Source: Nitrospirota bacterium (GTDB lineage Bacteria; Nitrospirota; UBA9217). Taken from it: DNA of 64,000 nt. The DNA lies in assembly GCA_035623825.1 (NCBI GenBank), contig DASPSR010000022.1, positions 32,001-96,000 on the forward strand, given 5' to 3'. Position numbers and translations under genes: made by a program. This document shows, piece by piece, positions 29,089-39,285 of the stretch. How positions within the stretch are numbered: the stretch's first letter is position 1; each line of letters opens with the position of its first letter. The notes under the pieces were generated by a model. The model ran no database searches. It was not told where the DNA came from and saw only the letters and a program-made list of their open reading frames with translations.

Positions 29089-31545
29089 ATGAAGGTAGAG
29101 CCAAAGCTGATCACCATCGCGCTTCGCGATTTCGCCCTGCCGGTCCCCAGAACGGGTAGTATCGAGGCCTGTTCTGGATATGGGCGGGCGGCTTCCGCGG
29201 GGCAGGAAATCCACGTCCGTGCGCAGAAGAAGCGTTCGAACTCCGATCCTGCGTACGAACCCGAGGTCCCGATAAGCCACTCATTCGGCCGGGGACGGTA
29301 TCTATTTCAGATCGACGGCCGCATGGACGGTATTTTTCGCCGAGATCCTCCAAAGATCGAGGAGATCAAGACAAGCTTCGATGTCGACGATATGGCGCAC
29401 CGGCTCGCCGGCGATCCGACAGCTCATCCATACTGCCTCCAGCTCCTGACGTACGGCTACTTCTATTGGCTCGATCATAAGGTACTTCCGCTGCTCAGCT
29501 TTCATCTGGTGTCGACCCGAAACAGGGAGTCCCTGGACCTCGAATGCAAACTCGATCTCTCCGCTTACGAGAGATGGCTGGATCTCCGACTTGATGAACT
29601 CGTTGTCGAGGCAAGAAATGCCGAAAGACGCGTCCTCCGCCGCAGGAAGATCGCATCCAATTTCTGCTTCCCTTTCGAGAACCCGCGTCCAGGTCAGGTC
29701 GAGATCGTTCAGATGATCGAGCGGGGAATGCGCGAGGGGCTCCGGCTTCTCATGCAGGCCCCGACAGGGATGGGGAAGACGGCCGGGGTCCTCTCTCCTG
29801 TCTTGAAGGACGCTATGAGCCGAGGGCAGAAAGTCATCTACGTCACGCCCAAGAACAGCCAGCACTCCGTTGCCGAGGACGCTGTCCAGCGTTTCCAGGA
29901 GGCGGGTTCCAAGATCAAATCGCTCACGATCACGGCAAAGGGAAAGATATGCTTCAAAAACGAGCCGCTCTGCAACCCGGTTTATTGCGAATACGCCAAG
30001 GATTATTATTCTAAGATCCATGAACACGGGGTCCTCGATATCCTTGCGAAAAAGAGAAGGTTAACGGGCCGAATGTTCCGCGATCTGGGCGAGGAGCACG
30101 AGGTCTGCCCCTTTGAACTGCAGTTCGACGCCTCACCGGATGCTGACATCGTGATCTGCGATTACAATTATGTCTTTGCCCAGCGTGCTGCCGTCGGGAG
30201 GGTTGCGGCGATCACCGCCGGCCAGGTTGGCAAACCCAATCTCGTCATCGATGAAGCGCACAATCTTCCCTCACGCTCAATGGAGTACTATTCCCCCTCG
30301 CTCTCGTCCTCCATCCTCGAGAATATGCGGGGAGAGATCAGAGGAGTCCCCGTTTCCTTTCAACGCCAGGCAGAGGAGCTTCTCGATGACTGCATTCAGA
30401 CAATCGTATCGTGCCGGCCCGATGACGGCTCGAAACCGGCGAGGATCGATCCGCCGGCCGGATCGTTTATAGAACAAGATGCAAGGCTCCGGGCCTTCCT
30501 ATCCCGGTACCTTGACTCCGGAGTAGATATAAAGCCGCATGATGTGATCATGAGGCTTTGCTTCTCCTGGTCCGAGTTCACGGAAGCCCTCGGGTATGTA
30601 GCCGATCTTGAAAGAGAGGAGTTCTTCGCGACCTTTCACCCCCATTCGTGCGGAGGCACCGTTAAGATAACCTGCTGCGATGCATCGGAGATGATAAGGG
30701 ATCGCTATGACGAATACGAGCATGTAGTGGGGTTCTCGGCGACGTTGAAACCATTTGATTATTATGCAGGGCTTTCCGGGCTTGATCCTGGGGCGGTGAA
30801 AACCGCTGAATTTCCGAGCCCGTTCTTGAGAGAAAACCGCAAGATTCTTGCCATTCCCCAGATCTCGACCAAATATTCGGATAGAGAAAGAAACTACCCA
30901 AGAATTGCCGATGCCATCCAGCGGATTGCGGCGCTTCGCAAGGGGAATTATTTCGCGTTCTTCCCGAGCTTCGAATTCCTGGAACGCGTGCTCGGCCTTT
31001 TTCAGCCTCCTCACGGTTTCGCGGTTCTCCGGCAGGAACGGCACATGAAGAGGCATCACATCGAGGAAACCCTGGACCATCTCAGGGCGTGTACCGTCCC
31101 GACGATCGTGTTCGCCGTTCAGGGAGGAATGTTTTCCGAGGGAGTCGATTACCCGGGAGACATGTTGATCGGCGCATTCGTCATCGGACCGCCGCTCCCG
31201 AATTTCGACCTCGAACGCGAAGAGATGCGGCGATATTATGAGCGGCGCTACGGTGCGGGTTTCGATTATGCCTATTCGATCCCTGCGATGGCCAAGGCGA
31301 TCCAGGCCGCCGGAAGGGTCATCCGCTCAGAGACCGACAGAGGGCTTATAGTCCTCATGGACAGCCGTTTTGTGCAATCCTGCTATTCCCGTTCGATGCC
31401 GGCAGATTGGTACGAGTCCGGCGCAGCAGATCTCGTTTCCGAAAGAATCTTAATGGAAGTATCCGATTTTTGGGAACGAAGCCTTACTTCGGAAGACCGT
31501 CTTGCTGAAAGCGCGGTCAGAAAAATGCTTCCTTCCGGACGATGA
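29089..31545 (+). CDS. Rad3/XPD/DinG-family Fe-S DNA helicase with N-terminal PD-(D/E)xK nuclease-like domain
   Basis: GRMDG..IEEIKT..QL..Y; QAPTGMGKT; Cys cluster (KIC..LC..YC..VCPF); DEAH; FSATL; SEGVD; QAAGRVIR. Confidence 0.92.
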   Translation: MKVEPKLITIALRDFALPVPRTGSIEACSGYGRAASAGQEIHVRAQKKRSNSDPAYEPEVPISHSFGRGRYLFQIDGRMDGIFRRDPPKIEEIKTSFDVDDMAHRLAGDPTAHPYCLQLLTYGYFYWLDHKVLPLLSFHLVSTRNRESLDLECKLDLSAYERWLDLRLDELVVEARNAERRVLRRRKIASNFCFPFENPRPGQVEIVQMIERGMREGLRLLMQAPTGMGKTAGVLSPVLKDAMSRGQKVIYVTPKNSQHSVAEDAVQRFQEAGSKIKSLTITAKGKICFKNEPLCNPVYCEYAKDYYSKIHEHGVLDILAKKRRLTGRMFRDLGEEHEVCPFELQFDASPDADIVICDYNYVFAQRAAVGRVAAITAGQVGKPNLVIDEAHNLPSRSMEYYSPSLSSSILENMRGEIRGVPVSFQRQAEELLDDCIQTIVSCRPDDGSKPARIDPPAGSFIEQDARLRAFLSRYLDSGVDIKPHDVIMRLCFSWSEFTEALGYVADLEREEFFATFHPHSCGGTVKITCCDASEMIRDRYDEYEHVVGFSATLKPFDYYAGLSGLDPGAVKTAEFPSPFLRENRKILAIPQISTKYSDRERNYPRIADAIQRIAALRKGNYFAFFPSFEFLERVLGLFQPPHGFAVLRQERHMKRHHIEETLDHLRACTVPTIVFAVQGGMFSEGVDYPGDMLIGAFVIGPPLPNFDLEREEMRRYYERRYGAGFDYAYSIPAMAKAIQAAGRVIRSETDRGLIVLMDSRFVQSCYSRSMPADWYESGAADLVSERILMEVSDFWERSLTSEDRLAESAVRKMLPSGR

Positions 31546-31748
31546 AGCGGTGCCGGGCAATCTGCAGAGAAAAAGCGCTTCGTGGCCAGTCTTCATTCCG
31601 GGAGGTGCAACCTGTCATTGTGCCGTGCAAAGTACGGAGCAGTCAAAAGTTCATCCCGAATTGCTCGTGATTGCCCTTAAAATTCCCATTTACCATTGTT
31701 GACATCATTTTGGATCGGGCATAAGGCCATTCAGCTCGGAGGTGTCAA

Positions 31749-32120
31749 GTGAGGAATAGTGGAATATCAATAATCACTGCCGCGTTCATTCTATTATTGA
31801 GCGGGTGTGCCGGAACGACACCAATTAAAAACCTGGCGTTACCTCCCGTAAGTGTGATCGAAGGGAGAATCACCCAACTTGATGAGGGTGGATTTACTCT
31901 AACGGATAGCTCCGGATCAATCTTTGTCAGGGCTGAGTTGCCGGACAGTAGAAAATTAAATTTATCCATTGATGAGAATGTCAAGGTATATGGTAATTTA
32001 CTAGGCGGCCAGAAAAAAATATTTGATGGATATGTAATCAAAAAGCCTACGGGCGAGCAGATTATCATCAGCTATCCGACACCTCACTTCGGCTTCATTA
32101 TTCAAAGCTCTTTTAAGTAG
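31749..32120 (+). CDS. OB-fold lipoprotein
   Basis: Lipobox LSGC; FTLTDSSGSIFV..VKVYG. Confidence 0.7.
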   Translation: MRNSGISIITAAFILLLSGCAGTTPIKNLALPPVSVIEGRITQLDEGGFTLTDSSGSIFVRAELPDSRKLNLSIDENVKVYGNLLGGQKKIFDGYVIKKPTGEQIIISYPTPHFGFIIQSSFK

Positions 32121-32575
32121 CGCGTATTCTCGTGAATAAAGAAAAAGATTATCGATCTCTCGCGTCTGTTTGTGAGATTTGTCGGAAAACAGCGGCTGTC
32201 CCAATATTCCTGATCGCTCCGGTTAAGGCAAAGATTTCATGATAAAAAATACGTTGGAGCTATTATCTGTTGATAACTTTATATCCCTTTAAAAATATGA
32301 GGAATTTTCAGTCTATCATGATAAGTTATTGATTTTACTGAGTTTGCACTGCTTATTCTGTATGCAAGTTACAATTTCGTTACGATTATAAGGCCTGAAA
32401 TTATCTATCTAACCCAGTATTCAACAAGTTATCAACATATTTTGTTTATAGTATAAGTAACCAATTCTTCCTTCGATCTCCCGACATCCCAATTGACATA
32501 TCCAGTTCTGACTGCTATCATTGCTCCGGAAAAATGCCTTGACCTGCTGCGCCGAGCTCCTCTGAGGGGGAATCA

Positions 32576-33814
32576 ATGCAATCTTCTGCCTCGATTGAAA
32601 TTGCCAAACAGATCCTTCTTACCTTCAGCATAATCCTTGCCACGGGCGCTGTGTCCGGAGCTTTTGCCAAAAGGCTGAAAATACCTGACGTGGCTGTTTT
32701 TCTCGTAGCCGGTGTAATTCTGGGACCGGAGGCCTTCGGTCTCATAACGGTAAAGGCCGAGTCGGTATTGAACCAGATTATTCTGATATTCGGTTCGTGT
32801 TACATTCTCTTTGACGGCGGAGCGACCGTGCGTCTATCGGTCCTCAGAGAGGTCTGGATAACGATCGTCGTCATCGCAACGGTCGGCGTCCTGATTACGG
32901 CGGGTGTAACGGGCATTGCAGCCCATTTTATCTTTGACGTACCGCTCATCATTGCGTTGCTTCTCGGGGCAGTGCTGGCTGCAACCGATCCGGCGACCCT
33001 TATTCCCATCTTCAAGCAGATCCGGATTGAGGACCGAATCGCTCAGACGATCATGAGCGAATCAGCGTTCAATGACGCGGTAGGCGCTGTCGTTACTTTC
33101 GCCGTCCTCGCAGTGGCGACAGGGGCGGAGAAATTCTCGATCCAGTCCTCATTGACCGATCTCATGAAGCAATCACTTCTCGGCATCGCTGCAGGAGCGG
33201 CGGTGGGATATGGTGCGGCATCCCTGATAGCTCATCAAAAATACAACCTCCTTTCCGAGTATGCCCCCGGGGTGACCCTAATGTCCGTTCTCGGAGCATA
33301 CTTGGGCGCGGATGGGCTGCATGCCAGCGGATTCATGGCTGTCTTCGTCTTCGGCATTATTCTCGGAAATAAGAACGTGTTCGGCTTCCGGATGGAAAGG
33401 CGCGAAGAGGAAAGAATCGAGGACTTCGTTCTCAGAACGGCCTTCGTCATGAGGATGTTCATTTTCATTCTGCTTGGGGCGCAAGTCGATTTCGGCTTGA
33501 TGAAGCAGTATCTTGCGGGCGGATTCGCGGTGGTCCTGATCTTCATGCTTATAGCTCGCCCGCTCACCGTGTTTGCCAGTGCCCTGGCCGATCGAAGGGC
33601 AAAGTGGAGCTTCAAGGAAATGCTTCTTATGTGCTGGACCAGGGAGACTGGGGTCATACCTGCCGCTCTTGCGGGGCTCCTTATAGGCATGAACGCCCCG
33701 GGGGCGAAGATGATCGCATCGGTGACGTTCATCGCTATCGTGACGACCATCCTCATTCAGGCAACGACGACGCGTCTGCTCGCCCGAAAGCTCGGTCTGC
33801 TTCTCGAAGAATAA
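32576..33814 (+). CDS. Cation:proton antiporter (CPA1, NhaP-like)
   Basis: ILFDGG, ATDPA, ESAFNDA, ARP, TRETGVIPAALA. Confidence 0.92.
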   Translation: MQSSASIEIAKQILLTFSIILATGAVSGAFAKRLKIPDVAVFLVAGVILGPEAFGLITVKAESVLNQIILIFGSCYILFDGGATVRLSVLREVWITIVVIATVGVLITAGVTGIAAHFIFDVPLIIALLLGAVLAATDPATLIPIFKQIRIEDRIAQTIMSESAFNDAVGAVVTFAVLAVATGAEKFSIQSSLTDLMKQSLLGIAAGAAVGYGAASLIAHQKYNLLSEYAPGVTLMSVLGAYLGADGLHASGFMAVFVFGIILGNKNVFGFRMERREEERIEDFVLRTAFVMRMFIFILLGAQVDFGLMKQYLAGGFAVVLIFMLIARPLTVFASALADRRAKWSFKEMLLMCWTRETGVIPAALAGLLIGMNAPGAKMIASVTFIAIVTTILIQATTTRLLARKLGLLLEE

Positions 33815-34153
33815 GATAGACAGGGTGTAAGCACCATCTGCAGAGTTTATGGCGGCACAGTCATGAGCGGCAATCGTCACAAGCCCCACTTCTGCGAATC
33901 ACGGCCAGTAGTGAAATTTTCAGTAACAACATTGGGAACACCCCAAGCGTGTGTATGCCTTGTGCATGATTCCCACGTGATTTTATGGCATGATTAGGCT
34001 TGCTTAACAACGGGCGATGATATATAGTAAAGACAGATAGTGAAAGAATGACCTGCACGCCGGAGGGATGTTGCCCTTGTTCCGAGAGAGAGGATGATAA
34101 TGCCTGACTCTCCGCACGCTTAAGACCAGCCTGTGCATTTGACGGAATTTCCA

Positions 34154-35479
34154 ATGAACCCTATTTGCATAGTAGATGACGAATCTTCCATCGGTACCAC
34201 CATAGCCGGCATCCTGAGGGATGAAGGGTATCAGGCCGTGGTATTTCCGGATGCCGAGAGCTTCTGGCATAAGCTTGACATCATGGAGCCGTCTCTCGTG
34301 CTGCTGGATGTCTGGCTGCCGGGCATGGACGGCATGCAGCTCCTGAAAAGACTGAGGGAGCGGTATCCGTTGCTCCCTGTCATCATGATGAGCGGCCATG
34401 CCCGCATCGAGGCGGCTGTTGCGGCCATCAAGGACGGCGCCTATGATTTTCTCGAAAAACCGCTGCATCTTGAGGTCCTTGTCGACAAGGTGAAGTCCGC
34501 GCTGAAGCACCGGCCCGCCAGCCGCGACGCGGACCTGCCTTCGGATACGAGGCTTGAAATAGCCGATGCTGATCTATCGATCCCTCCCGGTACGGTAGAA
34601 GTTTCGGATTCCCCCGTGCCGCAGCGCACCATCAAGGGCAACGTTGTCCTGAACGGCATCGGACTTCTTAGCGGACGGAACACCGGCATCATCTTGAACC
34701 CGCTCGGGATCAATGAGGGGATAGTCTATCAGACGCTGGACGGCCATTCCATCAAAGGCCATATCACCTCCGTTGAGGACTACTCCCAGCCAGGGGCGAA
34801 GAAGACCTTCTCAGCGAACTCAACCGCCCTGTATAACGGAAGGCGGAAAGTGCGTACCGTCGAACACCTCATGGCGGTCCTTTCCATGTACGGCATCACG
34901 AACGTCCTGATCAAGGTCGATGAGGAGATCCCGAACGTCGACGGTTCTGCAAAGGACTTCTGCGATCTCATAGAGGAAGCGGGATTAGTAGAACAGTCCG
35001 CCTTCACCAAGGTCGCCATCATCCGCAGCAAGATAGGAGTGGGGAATGAGGGCCGCCAGGAAAAGCATCTCTACGCGGAGCCCTTTGAAGGATTCGAAAT
35101 ATCGATGCGCGTCGACTACCCGCCGCCCATCGGAGAACAGGTTCTTTCATTCAATCCGGCAAAAGATTCCTTTAAGAAGGAGATAGCCCCGGCCCGCTCT
35201 TTCAACACATTCGAAAATATCGAAATGGCCCAGAAGCTCGGAAAGGTCGGCGGCGGGTATCTTAATTCCCACATTATTATGTACGACGGCAAGGTCATCA
35301 ATACCGAACTTAGGTATGCCGACGAATTCGTGCGCCACAAGATATTGGACCTGATCGGAGACCTCTATCTTCTGGGCTTGCCCATCAGCGGGCGCATTAC
35401 CGCCAACATGACGTCCCATGGATACAATCAAGCGCTCGTGCAGCGCTTGTACCAGGCTGTCCAGAGCAGCACCCGGTGA
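34154..35479 (+). CDS. lpxC: Receiver domain fused to UDP-3-O-acyl-GlcNAc deacetylase (REC-LpxC)
   Basis: REC: IVDDE, LLDVWLPGMDG, MSGH, FLEKP. LpxC: QRTI..GIGL.SG, TVEHLMA, DGSA, IAPARSF, EFVRHKILDLIGDL, TSH..N. Confidence 0.9.
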   Translation: MNPICIVDDESSIGTTIAGILRDEGYQAVVFPDAESFWHKLDIMEPSLVLLDVWLPGMDGMQLLKRLRERYPLLPVIMMSGHARIEAAVAAIKDGAYDFLEKPLHLEVLVDKVKSALKHRPASRDADLPSDTRLEIADADLSIPPGTVEVSDSPVPQRTIKGNVVLNGIGLLSGRNTGIILNPLGINEGIVYQTLDGHSIKGHITSVEDYSQPGAKKTFSANSTALYNGRRKVRTVEHLMAVLSMYGITNVLIKVDEEIPNVDGSAKDFCDLIEEAGLVEQSAFTKVAIIRSKIGVGNEGRQEKHLYAEPFEGFEISMRVDYPPPIGEQVLSFNPAKDSFKKEIAPARSFNTFENIEMAQKLGKVGGGYLNSHIIMYDGKVINTELRYADEFVRHKILDLIGDLYLLGLPISGRITANMTSHGYNQALVQRLYQAVQSSTR

Positions 35480-35585
35480 CGCATGGGTTTCACGATCACT
35501 CTATTGTAAATTCCATCACTCGGCATTTCTCTGCCTCTTCTGGGTATTCCCGCCAGCAGTTTCCTGTGAGGACGGAAGGAGGAAG

Positions 35586-37028
35586 CTACATTATCTCAGA
35601 GACGGTATCGGCATCTCTGACATGCCCTAGCATCTTGAGCGGGCCCACTGTGGACCTCCTCTTATCCACGACATAGACGCTTCCCCCTATGGTCTTGGCG
35701 TACTCTTTCAGTTCCGCGGCAATTTCCGACACTTCGAGCGGGTTGTTCAAGCTGCGCTGGACATTTGTTACGATCGCTACGGATATTGTCATGATCGGGA
35801 ACCTGATCTCTTCTCCTAGCCTGTTGCTGCCGAGAATATATCCATTGTCACGGTCACACTGATCGTAGAACCCCGGTATGCGCCGGTCAAACTCACTTAT
35901 GATTTCACTGCAGATATGGTGCATGTACTTGGGCGTGGTGATGACCACAAAGTCGTCGCCGCCCACGTGACCAACGAAATCCTCGTGAATACCGTTACTT
36001 TTAACAGCATTCTCAATGATTCGCGCGGTTTCTTTAATCACTTCGCTGCCATGGGCATAACCGTAGCGGTCGTTGAATGCCTTGAAGTTGTTCATGTCCA
36101 GGACGCAGAATGCCATAGGTTGTTTCGATTCGAGACGTTTTTTCAGCACGTTTTCAATGGCGATTCCCCCGGGGAGACGAGTGAGCGCATTTGCATCGAG
36201 GTGCAACTCCTCGAGCTGCTGCAGCCTCTTGCCCATGGAGAGAAAAGATTCCGAGAGGTTGCCGACCTCATCTTTTGTATTAATCCGAGGGTCATAATCG
36301 AAGTGCCCTTTCGCAATATGCTCCGTTGCGACACTAAGCTTGTGGATAGAGAAGCAAATATGGCGGGTCACGATTATACCGGCCAAGCCGCCAATTATTA
36401 TGCTAAAAATACAGAGCAGCGCTGTGGTGACAAAAGCGAAACGACCGATCCGGCCGATTCGTTCCATCATGTTTGCCTGGGATTCTTTCGCCTCGACCGA
36501 CATTGCCTGGATCGTTTTGAAAAGCCGTATCCACTTGTTCTTTAGCTGACCACTTGATAGGGAGCTCGCTTTCGCCGCATTCCCGCTCTTTATCAGAGCC
36601 ACTTCCTTGACGAACAAATCGCTGTACTGCCGGTGGAGGCTCTCTAAGTTTTTGATGGGCAGGCCTTTTTGGCCGGGGAGCCCATCGAGTACGGCAAGCC
36701 AATGATTGAACTCTTTTCCACGCTTCCAGAACAGATCGACCATATTGCCTTTCAGGATCAGGTATCGTTTCTCATAATTGTCTTGAGCCAGGATTGCATC
36801 GAGCATTTTCTCCGACACTTCTTGTACGGGGATGTCAACCGTGATAATACTCTTGTTGAGGCTGTTCAGTCGCAGAAGGCTGATCAGTGCAAAGGCCACA
36901 ACAACCACTGTCAGCACAGCCAGCATCATATAACCAAGTATCATCTTGCTTACGATGTCCAATCTGGCGAAAAGCTTGTTAGGGGTCAGGAAATCCAATA
37001 TTCTATGCTGTACAGGGGGCTTCATCAT
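35586..37028 (-). CDS. Membrane sensor-HAMP-GGDEF protein (GGDDF; D-to-S at the PleD D344 position)
   Basis: Two TMs around a helical periplasmic domain; HAMP (KDEVGNL); DMNNFKAFNDRYGYAHGS; GHVGGDDFV. Confidence 0.9.
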   Translation of the reverse strand: MMKPPVQHRILDFLTPNKLFARLDIVSKMILGYMMLAVLTVVVVAFALISLLRLNSLNKSIITVDIPVQEVSEKMLDAILAQDNYEKRYLILKGNMVDLFWKRGKEFNHWLAVLDGLPGQKGLPIKNLESLHRQYSDLFVKEVALIKSGNAAKASSLSSGQLKNKWIRLFKTIQAMSVEAKESQANMMERIGRIGRFAFVTTALLCIFSIIIGGLAGIIVTRHICFSIHKLSVATEHIAKGHFDYDPRINTKDEVGNLSESFLSMGKRLQQLEELHLDANALTRLPGGIAIENVLKKRLESKQPMAFCVLDMNNFKAFNDRYGYAHGSEVIKETARIIENAVKSNGIHEDFVGHVGGDDFVVITTPKYMHHICSEIISEFDRRIPGFYDQCDRDNGYILGSNRLGEEIRFPIMTISVAIVTNVQRSLNNPLEVSEIAAELKEYAKTIGGSVYVVDKRRSTVGPLKMLGHVRDADTVSEIM

Positions 37029-37574
37029 ATAATTCTTTTAAATAACAGATTGTTACCAATGCTATCAAAGTTATACCTTAGTATTACAAAATATTAACTA
37101 ATAATATTAGTTTTGTCAAGTATTTTTATTATAATGTTGCAGGCCTGTCTTTGGTCAGGGTTTAAGAAAAACCGGTATTTTTCTCGGGGCTCCAGGTCTT
37201 TTAACGATATTCAAAGCAAAATTTTCGAAAACGGCGTCACTGTCTTCGGCTGGACCTCCAGCCGTATGCCTGAGAATCAGCCGTCCGCGATCGCCGAGGG
37301 GACATTTTCATTTTGGCTTGACAACAGGGGAAGAAATACTTTAAAAAATTTTCATTTTATGATATAGTGCCCTTGGATTGTTTCACGTAGCCCATATGCA
37401 CGAGGGGTTCTGCAGACGCTGGTAAGTTTGCGCCCGATTTGAACTCGGAGCTCTTTAAGCTTATCGCCTCGATGGATTGTGATCTGAATCACGGTCTAAA
37501 ACGTAACAGTCTTTTATAATCAGAGTGAGCATCATTAGTTTGAAAACGAAGGCACAGGAGAGGGCTTTAAGATT

Positions 37575-38096
37575 ATGATGACAAGAAGGCTCTTTTTGCA
37601 GTCAATGGCGCTTGTTGCCCTGTCCGGCTACACCAGGAACGTCTTTGGACTCGATAAAAGAGAGAGGGCGCTGAATCTTTACAACATCCATACCGGAGAA
37701 AGACTCGATGCAACGTATTATTCCTCGGGGATCTACGACCATGACGCCATGAGCGAGATCAATAACATCTTTCGGTGCCATTATACCAATGAGGTAAAAC
37801 CCATGGATGTCAAAGTTGTCGACCTCCTGTGTGACATAAAGGACGCTCTCGGGAAAGACAGAGAGGTGCTCATCGTTTCAGGATACCGATCACATGTCTA
37901 TAACGAATATCTGCTGAGTAACGGGAAGGGCGTGGTAAGTAACAGTATGCATCTCCAGGGGCGAGCAATAGATTTCCGCATCCCCCGTGTTGATAACCAT
38001 AAGCTTGCGACTCTGGCAAAGTCCTTTTATGCGGGCGGGGTCGGGAAATACCCTGAGTTCGTTCATATCGATGACGGGCGAGTCAGGTACTGGTAA
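37575..38096 (+). CDS. YcbK/DUF882 (MepK-like, M15) peptidase with Tat signal
   Basis: TRRLFL; LYNIHTGE; SGYRS; SMHLQGRAID; FVHID.G.VRYW. Confidence 0.92.
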   Translation: MMTRRLFLQSMALVALSGYTRNVFGLDKRERALNLYNIHTGERLDATYYSSGIYDHDAMSEINNIFRCHYTNEVKPMDVKVVDLLCDIKDALGKDREVLIVSGYRSHVYNEYLLSNGKGVVSNSMHLQGRAIDFRIPRVDNHKLATLAKSFYAGGVGKYPEFVHIDDGRVRYW

Positions 38097-38181
38097 TCGT
38101 AGAGAAAACCTCGTCACGCCGCATCGTTCTATTTCAACCACCTGAAAAACAAGAACCGATCAGACAAAAATCCTTCCTAAC

Positions 38182-39012
38182 CTATCTGGAGCGACGTCTG
38201 CTTCCCGGCGCATTGCCAATGATCAGGACCTTGGGCCCGTCTTCCAAGGGGCGTAATCCATCGCTATCAGGGGGCTGTGCGATGACCCATTCAAAGAGCT
38301 TCCGGGCATCTTCGAGTTCCGGCTGCACGGGATTTTTATAATATTCATTCTGCATGGCCTCGTCGTAAAGACCAATACAACCGTGTGATGCCGGATACCC
38401 GGGTAGGTCGCGGCCATGAAACCAGTAGGAGACCCCGTCTCTGTCTATGTGGAACCTGAGCCCGTAGTTCATCGGATAGAATGTGGATGTGTTCGGAATT
38501 TGGTATAATGACGACTCATGCTTCCTGCTGTATGCGGTTATCCTGAATTCACCCGTCGGGGTTTTGTTTTCCGGATTCCCTGTTGCGATGGGCGTTGAGA
38601 ACACCAGCTCCCCGTATTCATAAGCGCCGAGGAACTGCTCCGAGAGGTCCACGAGGATAAATTTAGCCTCTGATTCAGCGGGTTGATAGTGACGGGGCAT
38701 CGGCGTATAGTCCCGTATATCATCCAGACGTTTGGGGACTTTAAGGTACATGCCGGGGTATGTGTGACGCCTGTCTATCCTGTTAAAACGGGCAACGTCC
38801 TGCCACCTATCACCGAACATGCTTTCGAGCGTTTCGCCTTTGAGCAGACGTTGACAGTTCCATTCTATCGCCATATCGCTCATGTGATTGATTTTACAAG
38901 GGGAATAGGCCGTCTTCGCCGCTACGCTCCCCGAGTGGCTGATCGCGAGGAGCAGTGAAAGGCCGGCAAGCAAAAAGAAATTAGGGACTGAAATTGTCCT
39001 GTTTTTCATCAT
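38182..39012 (-). CDS. L,D-transpeptidase (YkuD family)
   Basis: TPTGEF; FHG..PGYPASHGCIGL; signal peptide and LysM-like segment. Confidence 0.92.
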   Translation of the reverse strand: MMKNRTISVPNFFLLAGLSLLLAISHSGSVAAKTAYSPCKINHMSDMAIEWNCQRLLKGETLESMFGDRWQDVARFNRIDRRHTYPGMYLKVPKRLDDIRDYTPMPRHYQPAESEAKFILVDLSEQFLGAYEYGELVFSTPIATGNPENKTPTGEFRITAYSRKHESSLYQIPNTSTFYPMNYGLRFHIDRDGVSYWFHGRDLPGYPASHGCIGLYDEAMQNEYYKNPVQPELEDARKLFEWVIAQPPDSDGLRPLEDGPKVLIIGNAPGSRRRSR

Positions 39013-39228
39013 AACTCATAACTCCTCTTCATGGACGTCTCAAAGGCCGCTGCAGCCTTCCTCAAAGCGTCCGCATCGGATTTGAGCCCATGCAGCGTGT
39101 CCGAAACACCTTGAATCATTCCCTGATTATATTATAGTGCAGATTTTCCCTGTTGTCACGATAGCGCGCAGGGGGAGCCGATCGATTCATATCAACAAAA
39201 TATAAAAGCACGAACAGACTCGATCGCT

Positions 39229-39257
39229 TTGACAGCCGGATTCTTTTTTCGTATAAT
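39229..39257 (+). promoter_or_regulatory. Consensus sigma70 promoter
   Basis: TTGACA-N17-TATAAT, a perfect match, upstream of the groES-like gene. Confidence 0.85.
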
Positions 39258-39285
39258 AAGGCATTATCATGGGAGGAGGAATCCG

